Assembly (NCBI GenBank): GCA_035063585.1
Contig: JAPSGB010000060.1
Location: forward strand, 1-21,551
Direction: 5' to 3'
DNA: 21,551 bases
From: Polyangiaceae bacterium
GTDB lineage: Bacteria; Myxococcota_A; Polyangia; Polyangiales; Polyangiaceae
Shown here: piece after piece, positions 8,106-15,705 of the stretch
Position numbering within the stretch: the stretch's first letter is position 1
Layout of the letters: every line of letters starts with the position of its first letter
Translations under genes and position numbers: made by a program
Notes under the pieces: generated by a model
The model's input: only the letters and a program-made list of their open reading frames with translations
Database searches by the model: none
Told to the model about the DNA's origin: nothing

Positions 8106-8711
8106 TCAGTAGCGCGGGATGTTCGGATCCCAGGTCGACCAGGCGTCGATGCCGCCCACCACGTACTGCGCGTTGACGAAGCCCTGGTCGTAGAACCGCT
8201 TGGCGACTTCGCGACCGCCCGGGCTGTGGTGCCCCATGAACACCATCTTGCGATCCTTCGGCATCGCGAGGAGCTCCCGCTCGCAGGCCTCGTCGAAGAC
8301 GCGCGCGAGGTCGACGAAGGCCCGCTTGCGCTCCTCGGCGCTCCGCACGTCGATGAGGTCGAGGCAGCGACGGTCCTCGTCGAGCCACTTCAGCAGATCG
8401 GCCGGGCGCGCGCCGCGGACGAGCGGCGTGTCGTTGGGGTTCTCGAGCTTGAAGCCGGCGCCGGTCGCGCCGTCGACGAAGTCGATGGTGAGACCGTTGG
8501 CGCGGCGGGCGGACTTCGCGTCGAGGGCGACCGAGATCCCGTTCACCGAGAGGATGAGATCTCCCGGATCGGGCGGGCCGACGTAGAGATCGTTCCGGTA
8601 GCTCGAGTCGATCGTGATGTGCACGACGTCGTTGCTGTCCCCTTCCTCGAGCGCGGTGCGGAAGGCGCTGGCGGCGGCGTCGGTGACGGTGATGACGGGC
8701 GGGGAGGACAT
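8106..8711 (-). CDS. HesB/IscA-like domain fused to rhodanese-like domain (canonical Cys residues absent)
   Basis: N-terminal ITVTDAAA...LDAKSARRANGLTIDFVD...GFKLENPN is HesB-like but lacks CxC. C-terminal LIDVRSAEE...VFMGHHSPGG...GGIDAWS..DPNIPRY is rhodanese-like. ATG 8711 preferred because the ORF-track start at 8744 overlaps the sigma54 promoter. Confidence 0.85.
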   Translation of the reverse strand: MSSPPVITVTDAAASAFRTALEEGDSNDVVHITIDSSYRNDLYVGPPDPGDLILSVNGISVALDAKSARRANGLTIDFVDGATGAGFKLENPNDTPLVRGARPADLLKWLDEDRRCLDLIDVRSAEERKRAFVDLARVFDEACERELLAMPKDRKMVFMGHHSPGGREVAKRFYDQGFVNAQYVVGGIDAWSTWDPNIPRY

Positions 8712-8727
8712 GGCGAGCGCTCCGCTT

Positions 8728-8743
8728 AGCAAGCCCCGTACCA
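8728..8743 (-). promoter_or_regulatory. sigma54 (-24/-12) promoter for the HesB-rhodanese gene
   Basis: Minus strand TGGTACGGGGCTTGCT = GG-N10-GC, close to consensus TGGCACG-N4-TTGCW, 16 nt upstream of ATG 8711. Confidence 0.8.
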
Positions 8744-8793
8744 CGAAATCAACACTCGACCCGGCCGGGCGCGGCTCATCGCAACCCCGGGAC

Positions 8794-8840
8794 TGACAAA
8801 GTCGTCACGATTGGCGTGGACAACGCTGCCAAATGTGACA
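8794..8840. promoter_or_regulatory. tandem palindromic sites, candidate upstream activator sequences of the sigma54 activator
   Basis: TGACA-AAGT-CGTCA (8794-8807) and TGCCA-AATG-TGACA (8827-8840), 33 bp apart, about 80-120 bp upstream of the predicted sigma54 start site and directly before the activator gene. Confidence 0.6.
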
Positions 8841-8851
8841 GGGTCCGCCCG

Positions 8852-10189
8852 ATGTCGCTGAAGCTGCGCCGCGCGCCGCCCCCGGTGCGCGGCGACGTCC
8901 GCCGGATGCTCGAGGGGCTCCCCGAGCCCGCCATCCTGCTCACGCCGGGACACGAGATCCTCGCCGCCAACACGGCCTACCGCGAGAAGTACGGCGACGT
9001 GGGCGAGACCTGCTACTCGGCCTCGCACGACTTTGGCACCGCGTGCGACAAGAACGGCGAGGCGTGCCCGCTCCGCGCCACCATCGACTCCGGGCGCCGG
9101 CAGCGCGTGTTCCACATCCAGCACGGCGCCGCCGGGCCCACCTACGTCGACATCGAGCTCGAGCCGGTGCTCGACGTCGAGGGGCGTATCGCCTACCTGC
9201 TCGAGCGCATCCACGAGATCCCCGACGTGCGGGTGGCGGACGGCAGCGCCATGGTCGGGCGCGCGCCGAGCTTCCTCCGCGCGCTCGGGCTCTTGCAGCG
9301 CGCGGCGCCGAGCGACGTGCCCGTGCTCATCCTGGGCGAGTCGGGCACGGGCAAGGAGCTCGCCGCGCGCGCGGTGCACCAGATGAGCGCGCGCCGCGGG
9401 CGCCCGTTCATGCCGGTCGAGTGCAGCGGGCTGCCCGAGTCGCTCTTCGAGTCGGAGCTGTTCGGCTACGAGCAGGGCGCCTTCACCGGCGCGCAGAAGA
9501 GCAAGCGCGGCCTGGTCGACGCCACCGCGGGCGGCACGCTCTTCCTCGACGAGATCGGCGACGTCCCGCTCTCCGTCCAGGTGAAGCTGCTCCGCCTCCT
9601 CGAGACCGGCACCTTCCGCAAGGTCGGCGGCATCGAGCGGCACCGCGCGGATTTTCGCCTGGTCTGCGCGACTCACCGCGATCTCGCGGCGATGGTGCGC
9701 GAGGGCAGCTTCCGCCAGGACCTCTACTATCGCATCAACGCCTTCCCGGTGATGCTGCCGCCGCTGCGCGATCGCCGGAGCGACATCGCGCGGCTCAGCG
9801 GCGAGTTCCTGTCCGCCAAGCACCCGGACAAGACCATCGGCCCGGACGCCCTCGCGCGCCTCACCGAGCACGACTGGCCCGGCAACATCCGCGAGCTCAG
9901 AAACGTGGTCGAGCGCATGGCGCTGCTCACCGACGGAGACGAGCTCCGCGCCGAGCAGCTCCCGCCCGATTTCGACGCGCCCGGGCCGCGCGAGCCGGGC
10001 GCCCCGATGCTCGGCGGCGCGGACTTCCTGGTCTCCGGGGTGAGGCCGCTCGACGAGCTCGAGGCGGCGTACCTGAGCTGGGCGGTCGCGCGCACGCCGG
10101 ATCGCGCCAGCCTGGCGCGCGCCCTCGGCGTGTCCGAGCGCACCCTCTATCGCAAGCTCGATCACGCGCGGCGCTGGAGCGCGGAGTAA
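8852..10189 (+). CDS. sigma54-dependent transcriptional activator (PAS-AAA+-Fis HTH), FisR-like Cys sensor
   Basis: Walker [15 protein letters not shown], Walker [43 protein letters not shown]. The N-terminal PAS contains [20 protein letters not shown]. Start ATG 8852; GTG 8816 lies between the two palindromes. Confidence 0.95.
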   Translation: MSLKLRRAPPPVRGDVRRMLEGLPEPAILLTPGHEILAANTAYREKYGDVGETCYSASHDFGTACDKNGEACPLRATIDSGRRQRVFHIQHGAAGPTYVDIELEPVLDVEGRIAYLLERIHEIPDVRVADGSAMVGRAPSFLRALGLLQRAAPSDVPVLILGESGTGKELAARAVHQMSARRGRPFMPVECSGLPESLFESELFGYEQGAFTGAQKSKRGLVDATAGGTLFLDEIGDVPLSVQVKLLRLLETGTFRKVGGIERHRADFRLVCATHRDLAAMVREGSFRQDLYYRINAFPVMLPPLRDRRSDIARLSGEFLSAKHPDKTIGPDALARLTEHDWPGNIRELRNVVERMALLTDGDELRAEQLPPDFDAPGPREPGAPMLGGADFLVSGVRPLDELEAAYLSWAVARTPDRASLARALGVSERTLYRKLDHARRWSAE

Positions 10190-10193
10190 ACAT

Positions 10194-10209
10194 TGGCACG
10201 ACACTTGCT
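10194..10209 (+). promoter_or_regulatory. sigma54 (-24/-12) promoter for the DUF2249 operon
   Basis: TGGCACGACACTTGCT matches the consensus TGGCACG-N4-TTGCW exactly, 4 nt after the activator stop codon. Confidence 0.88.
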
Positions 10210-10233
10210 ATCGCGCGGGGCGTCTTGTCGGTC

Positions 10234-11550
10234 GTGAGTCTACGTCGCTCGCTGCCGGTGCCGGCGGCGCCCGCGGCGGGGTTTCCCTCCTCGTCGGCGC
10301 TGGTCCCGCCGCTGCTCGTGGGCGAGCACTTCGCGACCGCGCTCGTCTGCTTCGTGTGCGGGGCCTTGGGTCTGGTCGTCGCGGCCGGCGACATTGCCGG
10401 AGGGCACTTCTACGTGCCGCGCGTCGCGGGCGTGGTCCACCTGTTCACGCTCGGCTGGATCATGCTCTCCATCTTCGGCGCGCTCTGCCAGTTCTTGCCG
10501 GTCGCGGTCGGAAAATCGATCTGGTCCTTCAAGCTCGCGCACGCCTCCTTCGCGCTGCAGGTGCTCGGGGTCGCGGCGCTCGTGGTCGGGCTCTTCACGA
10601 ACAGCCGCTTCGCGCTCTTCGCGGGCGCGGCGAGCCTCACCCTCGCCTTCTGGTCGTTCGGCGTGAACCTCGCGCTCACGCTGCTCGGCTCGAAGCAGCG
10701 CGAGTTCACCTACTTTGCGCTCGCGGCGGCGACCGTGTCGCTCTTCGCGACGCCGGTCTACGGGGTGCTCCTCGCCGTCTACATGCACCATGGCGGGCTG
10801 CTCGATCCGTTCGCGATCATCGCCCACCACGCGCACGTCGCGGTGATGGGCGTGGTCTTGCTGGTGATGGTCGGGGTCGCGCACCGCCTGATGCCGATGT
10901 TCCTGCTGACGCACGGGATCTCCGAGCGCCCGGCGTGGGCCGCGCTCGCCCTGCTCTTCTCGGCCTCGCTGCTCGTCATCGTCCACGACGTGGTGCAGCT
11001 CTTCGCGGGCGATCTGCTGGGCGGCACCGCGCTCACCGTCGCCGGCGCGCTCGGTTGCGCCGGCGTGCTCGCCATGGCGGCGCAGGCCGCGCTCTTCTAT
11101 CGCGGGCGCAAGAAGCGGCTCATCGACGCGGGCATGAGCCTCGCCGCGGCCGCCCTGCTCATGCTGCTCGCGGCGGCCGCCATGGCGCCCTTCGCGCTCA
11201 GCCGCGGGGTCGGCGAGCCGCACCTCTTGGTCACCTACTTCGTGCTCCTGCTCGGCGCCATCACGCTGTTCGTCGCCGCGCATTACTACAAGATCGTGCC
11301 CTTCCTCGTGTGGAACCATCGCTACGGGCCGTTCCTCGGCAAGCGTAAGGTCCCCAAGGTCGCCGATCTCTACTCCATGCCGCTCGCCTACCTGAACGCC
11401 GCCGTGTTCGTGAGCGCGCTCATCACGGTCGCGCTCGGCGCGTACTTCGACTCGCGCGCCGTCGTCACCACGGGGGGCCTCGCCTTCGTCCTTGGCGCGA
11501 CGCTCGAGGCCGCGGTAATGGCACGCATCGCCAGGAGAAAGGTCACATGA
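10234..11550 (+). CDS. about 12-TM membrane protein of the heme-copper-oxidase-subunit-I-like/NnrS-like type found in DUF2249 clusters
   Basis: Very hydrophobic, with three pseudo-repeats: HLFTLGW..GALCQFLP, HAHVAVMG..GVAHRLMPMF, FVLLLG..HYYKIVPFLVW. Start must follow the sigma54 promoter: GTG 10234 or TTG 10225. Confidence 0.8.
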   Translation: MSLRRSLPVPAAPAAGFPSSSALVPPLLVGEHFATALVCFVCGALGLVVAAGDIAGGHFYVPRVAGVVHLFTLGWIMLSIFGALCQFLPVAVGKSIWSFKLAHASFALQVLGVAALVVGLFTNSRFALFAGAASLTLAFWSFGVNLALTLLGSKQREFTYFALAAATVSLFATPVYGVLLAVYMHHGGLLDPFAIIAHHAHVAVMGVVLLVMVGVAHRLMPMFLLTHGISERPAWAALALLFSASLLVIVHDVVQLFAGDLLGGTALTVAGALGCAGVLAMAAQAALFYRGRKKRLIDAGMSLAAAALLMLLAAAAMAPFALSRGVGEPHLLVTYFVLLLGAITLFVAAHYYKIVPFLVWNHRYGPFLGKRKVPKVADLYSMPLAYLNAAVFVSALITVALGAYFDSRAVVTTGGLAFVLGATLEAAVMARIARRKVT

Positions 11551-11849
11551 GCACGAACGCCCTGTCCACGACCGAAACCGCGTACATCGCCCTCAGCGAC
11601 GTCATCGATCCCGAGATCGGGCTCGACATCGTCACCCTCGGGCTCGTCTATGACGTCGAGATCGAGCCGGACAGCGGCCGGGTCGACGTGACCTTCACGC
11701 TCACGACCCGCGGATGCCCCATGGAAAAAGTGATCACGGACGGCATCCTGGCCGCGGTGCAGGCGCTCCCGGGCGTCACCGAGGTGACTCCCCAGCTCGT
11801 CTGGGATCCGATGTGGCACCCGGGCCTCGCGCGAAAGGGCTCGCTGTGA
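11547..11849 (+). CDS. metal-sulfur cluster assembly factor (DUF59/SufT/PaaD-like)
   Basis: VIDPEIGLDIVTLGLVY and TLTTRGCPM (DPE...T...CP signature), VWDPMW. ATGA overlap with the upstream gene. Confidence 0.92.
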   Translation: MSTNALSTTETAYIALSDVIDPEIGLDIVTLGLVYDVEIEPDSGRVDVTFTLTTRGCPMEKVITDGILAAVQALPGVTEVTPQLVWDPMWHPGLARKGSL

Positions 11850-12664
11850 CCACCCCCATCCAAGCCACCGACCGGATCTCGGCCATCCTGAAGCGCGACG
11901 AGAGCCTGGTCGAGGTGCTCATCAGCGCCTCGAGCACCTTCAAGAAGCTCAAGAACCCGCTCATGCGCCGCACCATGGCAAAACTGGTCACCGTGGAGCA
12001 GGCCGCGCAGATCGCGGGGCTCGATCCGGAGGCGCTGGTCGCGCGCCTGAACCAGGCGATCGGCGCGAGCGGAGGCGACGCGAGCGCAGCCGCGGCGAGC
12101 GCGCCGCCCCCGCAGCCGGCTCGCGCGCCGCTGCCGCCCGAGCTCGCCGCCCTCCCGGAGGACGCGCTGCTCGAGTGCGACGTGCGCGAGGATCTCCGAA
12201 ACGGCCAGGAACCCTTCCAGCGCATCATGGGCGCGGTGCGGGACCTCGCGCCCGGGCAGGTCCTACGGCTCTGGGCGACCTTCGAGCCGGTGCCGCTCTA
12301 CGCGGTGCTCGCCAAGCGCGGGCTCGGACACTTCACCGAGCAGCTCGACCAGGAGACCTGGCGGGTGTGGTTTTTCCCGAGCGAGGACGCGCGCGGCACG
12401 GCGGCCGGCGCGCCGCCGGCCGGGTCCCCGGCGGAGGGCGAAGACGACATGGTCGTCATCGACGTCCGCGGGCTCGAGCCGCCCGAGCCGATGATGCGCA
12501 CGCTCGAGGCGCTCGAGCAGCTCCCGCGAGGCAAGACGCTCATCCAACTCAACGTGCGTGTGCCGCAGTTTCTCATCCCCAAGCTCGAGGAGCGCGGCTT
12601 CACCTACGAGGTCCGCGAGCAGTCCGCCGATTTGGTCCGACTCTTCATCAGGCACAAGGCCTGA
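11846..12664 (+). CDS. DUF1858-like N-terminal domain + two DUF2249 domains
   Basis: GTG 11846 overlaps the upstream TGA. N-terminal FKKLKNPLMRRTMAKLVTVEQAAQIAGLD, then DVREDLRNGQEPF...ATFEPVPLY, then IDVRGLEPPEPM...RVPQFL.PKLEERGF. Confidence 0.85.
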   Translation: MTTPIQATDRISAILKRDESLVEVLISASSTFKKLKNPLMRRTMAKLVTVEQAAQIAGLDPEALVARLNQAIGASGGDASAAAASAPPPQPARAPLPPELAALPEDALLECDVREDLRNGQEPFQRIMGAVRDLAPGQVLRLWATFEPVPLYAVLAKRGLGHFTEQLDQETWRVWFFPSEDARGTAAGAPPAGSPAEGEDDMVVIDVRGLEPPEPMMRTLEALEQLPRGKTLIQLNVRVPQFLIPKLEERGFTYEVREQSADLVRLFIRHKA

Positions 12665-12704
12665 ATGACGACAATGAGACAGCACAAGAAGGAGATCTGA
12701 CATC

Positions 12705-12938
12705 ATGGCGTCCAAAATGGAGCTCGACATCCGCGTCGTCCCTCCGCCCGAGAAGCACTCGACCATCTTCCACACCTTCGACGGCCTGGCCGCCGGTGAC
12801 GGCTTCACGCTCATCAACGATCACGACCCGTTCCCGCTCCGCCGGCAGTTCGAGGCCCGCAACCCGGGCGCCTTCAAGTGGACCTACCTCGAGCAAGGTC
12901 CGGCGGTCTGGCGTATCCTGATCGAGAAGTCGAGCTGA
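12705..12938 (+). CDS. stand-alone DUF2249 protein
   Basis: LDIRVVPPPEKHSTIF...LINDHDPFPL...WTYLEQGPAVWRI. Strong SD AAGGAG upstream. Confidence 0.9.
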   Translation: MASKMELDIRVVPPPEKHSTIFHTFDGLAAGDGFTLINDHDPFPLRRQFEARNPGAFKWTYLEQGPAVWRILIEKSS

Positions 12939-13855
12939 TGAGCCTGTCGCTCAGCACGGTGGCCGCACCGAGCGCCGATCTCGACGCCTTCCACGCGGCG
13001 GCCAACGGCCGCGGCCTGGACGGCATCGAGCTCGAGCTCGACGCCGCGGAGGACGTGACGCTCGCCGTCGAGCGAGCGCGCGCGTCCTCGGCGCGCTTCG
13101 TCGCCCTGCACGCGGCGGGGACCCAGCCGTCCGGCGCGCTCGCGCGCGCCTCGGGCGCGCTCGGCGTCCCGCTGAGCGTGCCGGCGGAGCGAACCGCCGT
13201 GCTGAGCGCCGCGTCGGTCGCCGAGCTCGGCCGCGATTTCGCGGCCGCCGGGGGCCGGCTCCTGCTCGGATTCCGCTCCGACTTCGACGCGGTGATGCAG
13301 GCCGTGAACCTGCTCCGAGAGGCCGGAAGCCCGAGCGCGATCGGCCTCGCCTGGGAGCTCCGCCCGGGAGTGGATGACCTCGAGGCGTCCGGCACCATCC
13401 TCCTCGCCGCGAGCGAGCTGCTCGGCGCGGTGCGCCTCTACGGCGGCGGCCCCGAGCAGAACCAACAGGACGGCCGCGGCGTCGGCGCGATCTTCGTCGA
13501 GCTCGCGCTCTCCGGCTACGCCGGCCCGACCGTGCTCATCCCGAGCGGCGCGGAGCAGCTCCCGCTCTGGCACGACTGGCTCCTCACCCGAAAGCCGATG
13601 GAAGCCGGCTTCGATGCGAAGATGGGGTTCGAGGTCGACGTCCGCAACGTCGAGCCGAAGGACCGCATGGGTACCATCCTCGGCGCCTTCGGCGCGCTCC
13701 CTCCGGGGGAGACCATGCACATCACCCTCGATCACGACCCGAGCTGCATGTACTACGCGCTCGAGGAGACGCAGGCCGAGGGCAGCTTCGCGTTCCGGAA
13801 GATCGGCGAGGGCCCGGTCGTCTGGGAGGCGGAGGTGAAGAAGCTCCCGGTCTGA
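12938..13855 (+). CDS. degenerate xylose-isomerase-like TIM-barrel domain fused to C-terminal DUF2249
   Basis: TGATG coupling at 12936-12940. LSLSTVAAP...GLDGIEL...IGLAWE...GYAGPTVL resembles the AP_endonuc_2 strand pattern. C-terminal VDVRNVEPKDR...LDHDPSCMYY...EGPVVW is DUF2249-like. Confidence 0.75.
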   Translation: MSLSLSTVAAPSADLDAFHAAANGRGLDGIELELDAAEDVTLAVERARASSARFVALHAAGTQPSGALARASGALGVPLSVPAERTAVLSAASVAELGRDFAAAGGRLLLGFRSDFDAVMQAVNLLREAGSPSAIGLAWELRPGVDDLEASGTILLAASELLGAVRLYGGGPEQNQQDGRGVGAIFVELALSGYAGPTVLIPSGAEQLPLWHDWLLTRKPMEAGFDAKMGFEVDVRNVEPKDRMGTILGAFGALPPGETMHITLDHDPSCMYYALEETQAEGSFAFRKIGEGPVVWEAEVKKLPV

Positions 13856-13939
13856 TTCGGAGACCACACCCCCGCTGCGGGCGGCGCGACGGACGCGCCG
13901 GGCCGACTTCGGATATGCTCCCGGCGGAGGCTGCCGGGA

Positions 13940-15403
13940 ATGCAGTACGACGTCATCGTGATCGGGACCGGGATCGGCGGCAGCGTCGCGGCCGCCGTGC
14001 TCGCGCGCCAGGGCCTCTCGACCTTGGTGCTCGAGAAGAACAACCGCACCGGTGGCGTCTGCGCCTTCTACGAGAAGAAGGGCTTCCGGGTCGACATCGG
14101 GACCCACATGTTCTCGCGAGGCGGGCGCGGCCCCTTCGGCCGGCTCACCCGCCGGCTCGACATCCCGAGGATCCCGTTCGTCCAGACGCGGGATCTCACG
14201 CTGGTCAAGGGGTTCGGCGGCGAGCTCGCGGTCCCGCGCGATCCGTGGCGCCTGCCGGCCTTCGCGGCCTCGGCGATCCGCCAGCTCCGGCTCACCCCGC
14301 GCGAGCTCCTCGAGGCCGCGCGTTTCTTCCGCGCGGTGATGGAGTTCGACGAGGCGCGCATCGACGACCTCGACCGCATCACCATGTGGGAGTTCGTGCT
14401 GCGATACACGGAGGACCCGCGGCTGGTCGGGCTCTTCGGCTTCCTCCTCGGGCTCTACTTCATCCTCCCGCTGAACGAGGTGAGCGCGGGTGAGGGGCTC
14501 TGGTGCTTCCGGCGCATGGTGCGGGAGAACGCGCTCGCGTACCCGAAGGGCGGCGCGGCCACGGTGCCGAACACCTTCCTCCGCGCGGCCAGCGGGCGCG
14601 GCGCGGCCGTGCTCACGCGCAAGCGCGTGGTCCGCATCGCGGTGGACGACGGCCAGGTGCGCGCGGTCGAGTGCGCGGACGGCACGAGCTACGAGGCGCG
14701 CACGGTGATCGCGACGACCAGCCTGAAGGACGTGGTCGAGCGGCTGGTCGAGCCGGCGCACTTCCCCGACGCCTACCGCCAGCGGGTCCGCTCGCTCAAG
14801 GGCTCGATGATCGCGGTCCAGGCCAAGATCGCGCTCCGCCGGCCGCTGGTCCGCGCGGGCTCGCTGGTCGGCGCGTACGGTCCGAGCTTCAGCATGGAGA
14901 GCATCGCGCTCGACGATCTCGACCGCATGTACGCGCACGTCGCGCGCGGCGCCATCGCGCCCATCACGCCGATCTACGCGCCCATCCCCACCAACTTCGA
15001 TCCCAGCCTCGCGCCGAACGGCGCGCAGCTCATCACCGCCTGCGCGGTCGCGCCGACCACCGACATCGCGCTCGACGAGTCACCGAAGGCGTGGGTGGAA
15101 AACATGATGACCGCGCTCCGCGAGATGATCCCGCACTTCGACGACGAGCTCCTCTGGTACGACACCTTCACGACCCAGGCGGTGGGCAACTGGATCGGCA
15201 AGCTGAACGCGCCCGCGGTGAGCACCGGGCAGACGCCAGGCCAGAGCGGTAACCACCGCCCACCGGTGCACACCCCGGTGCGCGGTCTCTACGTCGCCGG
15301 CTGCGGCGCGGGCGGCCGCGGAGTCGGCACCGAGCTCGCGGCGGTGAGCGGCGAAGAGGCGGCGGACCGGGTGATCCAGGACCGGGTGAACGGGCTCGTC
15401 TGA
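13940..15403 (+). CDS. phytoene desaturase-family FAD-dependent oxidoreductase
   Basis: YDVIVIGTGIGG dinucleotide fold, LEKNNRTGG, YPKGG, TNFDPSLAP, TPVRGLYVAG. Own TATGCT (13914-13919) and SD GGAGG (13926-13930). Substrate cannot be determined from sequence. Confidence 0.88.
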   Translation: MQYDVIVIGTGIGGSVAAAVLARQGLSTLVLEKNNRTGGVCAFYEKKGFRVDIGTHMFSRGGRGPFGRLTRRLDIPRIPFVQTRDLTLVKGFGGELAVPRDPWRLPAFAASAIRQLRLTPRELLEAARFFRAVMEFDEARIDDLDRITMWEFVLRYTEDPRLVGLFGFLLGLYFILPLNEVSAGEGLWCFRRMVRENALAYPKGGAATVPNTFLRAASGRGAAVLTRKRVVRIAVDDGQVRAVECADGTSYEARTVIATTSLKDVVERLVEPAHFPDAYRQRVRSLKGSMIAVQAKIALRRPLVRAGSLVGAYGPSFSMESIALDDLDRMYAHVARGAIAPITPIYAPIPTNFDPSLAPNGAQLITACAVAPTTDIALDESPKAWVENMMTALREMIPHFDDELLWYDTFTTQAVGNWIGKLNAPAVSTGQTPGQSGNHRPPVHTPVRGLYVAGCGAGGRGVGTELAAVSGEEAADRVIQDRVNGLV

Positions 15404-15450
15404 CGCCGGCCTCGGCTCGCGCCCCGCCCGGCTTCGCGCCGAACCGACAC

Positions 15451-15471
15451 CCCTCCCGGAGCTCCGGAGGG
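15451..15471. terminator. stem-loop between convergent genes
   Basis: CCCTCC-CGGAGCTCC-GGAGGG inverted repeat directly abutting the stop codon of the small minus-strand gene. Confidence 0.35.
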
Positions 15472-15648
15472 TCAGCGGCGGCCCTTGAAGCCCATCATGC
15501 CCTGCACCGCTGACTCGCTCGCCTGCGCGACCTCGTCGGACTCGCGGGCGAGCTCGGCGCAGTCCTCGCAGACCTGCTTTCGCTTGCCCTCGATCATCGC
15601 CGCCACGAGCTCATCGACCTCTTCTCCGCAGGACTTGCAGACCGGCAT
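15472..15648 (-). CDS. small 58-aa zinc-ribbon-like protein (CxxC-x19-CxxC)
   Basis: Translated by hand: MPVCKSCGEEVDELVAAMIEGKRKQVCEDCAELARESDEVAQASESAVQGMMGFKGRR. SD GAGAGG upstream; GC3-rich codons. Shorter than any ORF in the track. Confidence 0.85.
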   Translation of the reverse strand: MPVCKSCGEEVDELVAAMIEGKRKQVCEDCAELARESDEVAQASESAVQGMMGFKGRR

Positions 15649-15705
15649 GACCTCTCAATTTAATCATCGCGAGCTACCGCCGCAAGCGGCGGCCGCGCTC
15701 GCATC

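Noticed and set aside
10103..10119. Palindrome CGCGCCAG-C-CTGGCGCG as an enhancer for the second sigma54 promoter
   Set aside because: Almost all G/C, inside coding sequence and different in spacing from the 8794-8840 sites; likely chance.
9043..10233. 835-aa ORF suggesting a long N-terminal extension of the membrane protein
   Set aside because: The extension is an Arg-rich off-frame shadow of the activator gene, and the sigma54 promoter at 10194 places the real start at about 10225-10234.
12884..14938. Long antisense or alternate-frame ORFs (also 2373-3611, 4706-6106, 8726-10204, 16010-17569, 17588-19918, 19047-21296)
   Set aside because: Expected from stop-codon scarcity in high-GC DNA; each overlaps a gene with clear family motifs and has none itself.
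13940..15403. Phytoene-desaturase-family gene as a sixth operon member or part of a carotenoid cluster
   Set aside because: Separated by 84 nt with its own -10-like hexamer and SD, and no crtB/crtE or hopanoid genes lie nearby.
3752..15471. Integrative element or prophage inserted at tRNA-Pro
   Set aside because: No integrase, transposase or phage gene, no duplicated tRNA 3' end found by eye, and no obvious composition shift.
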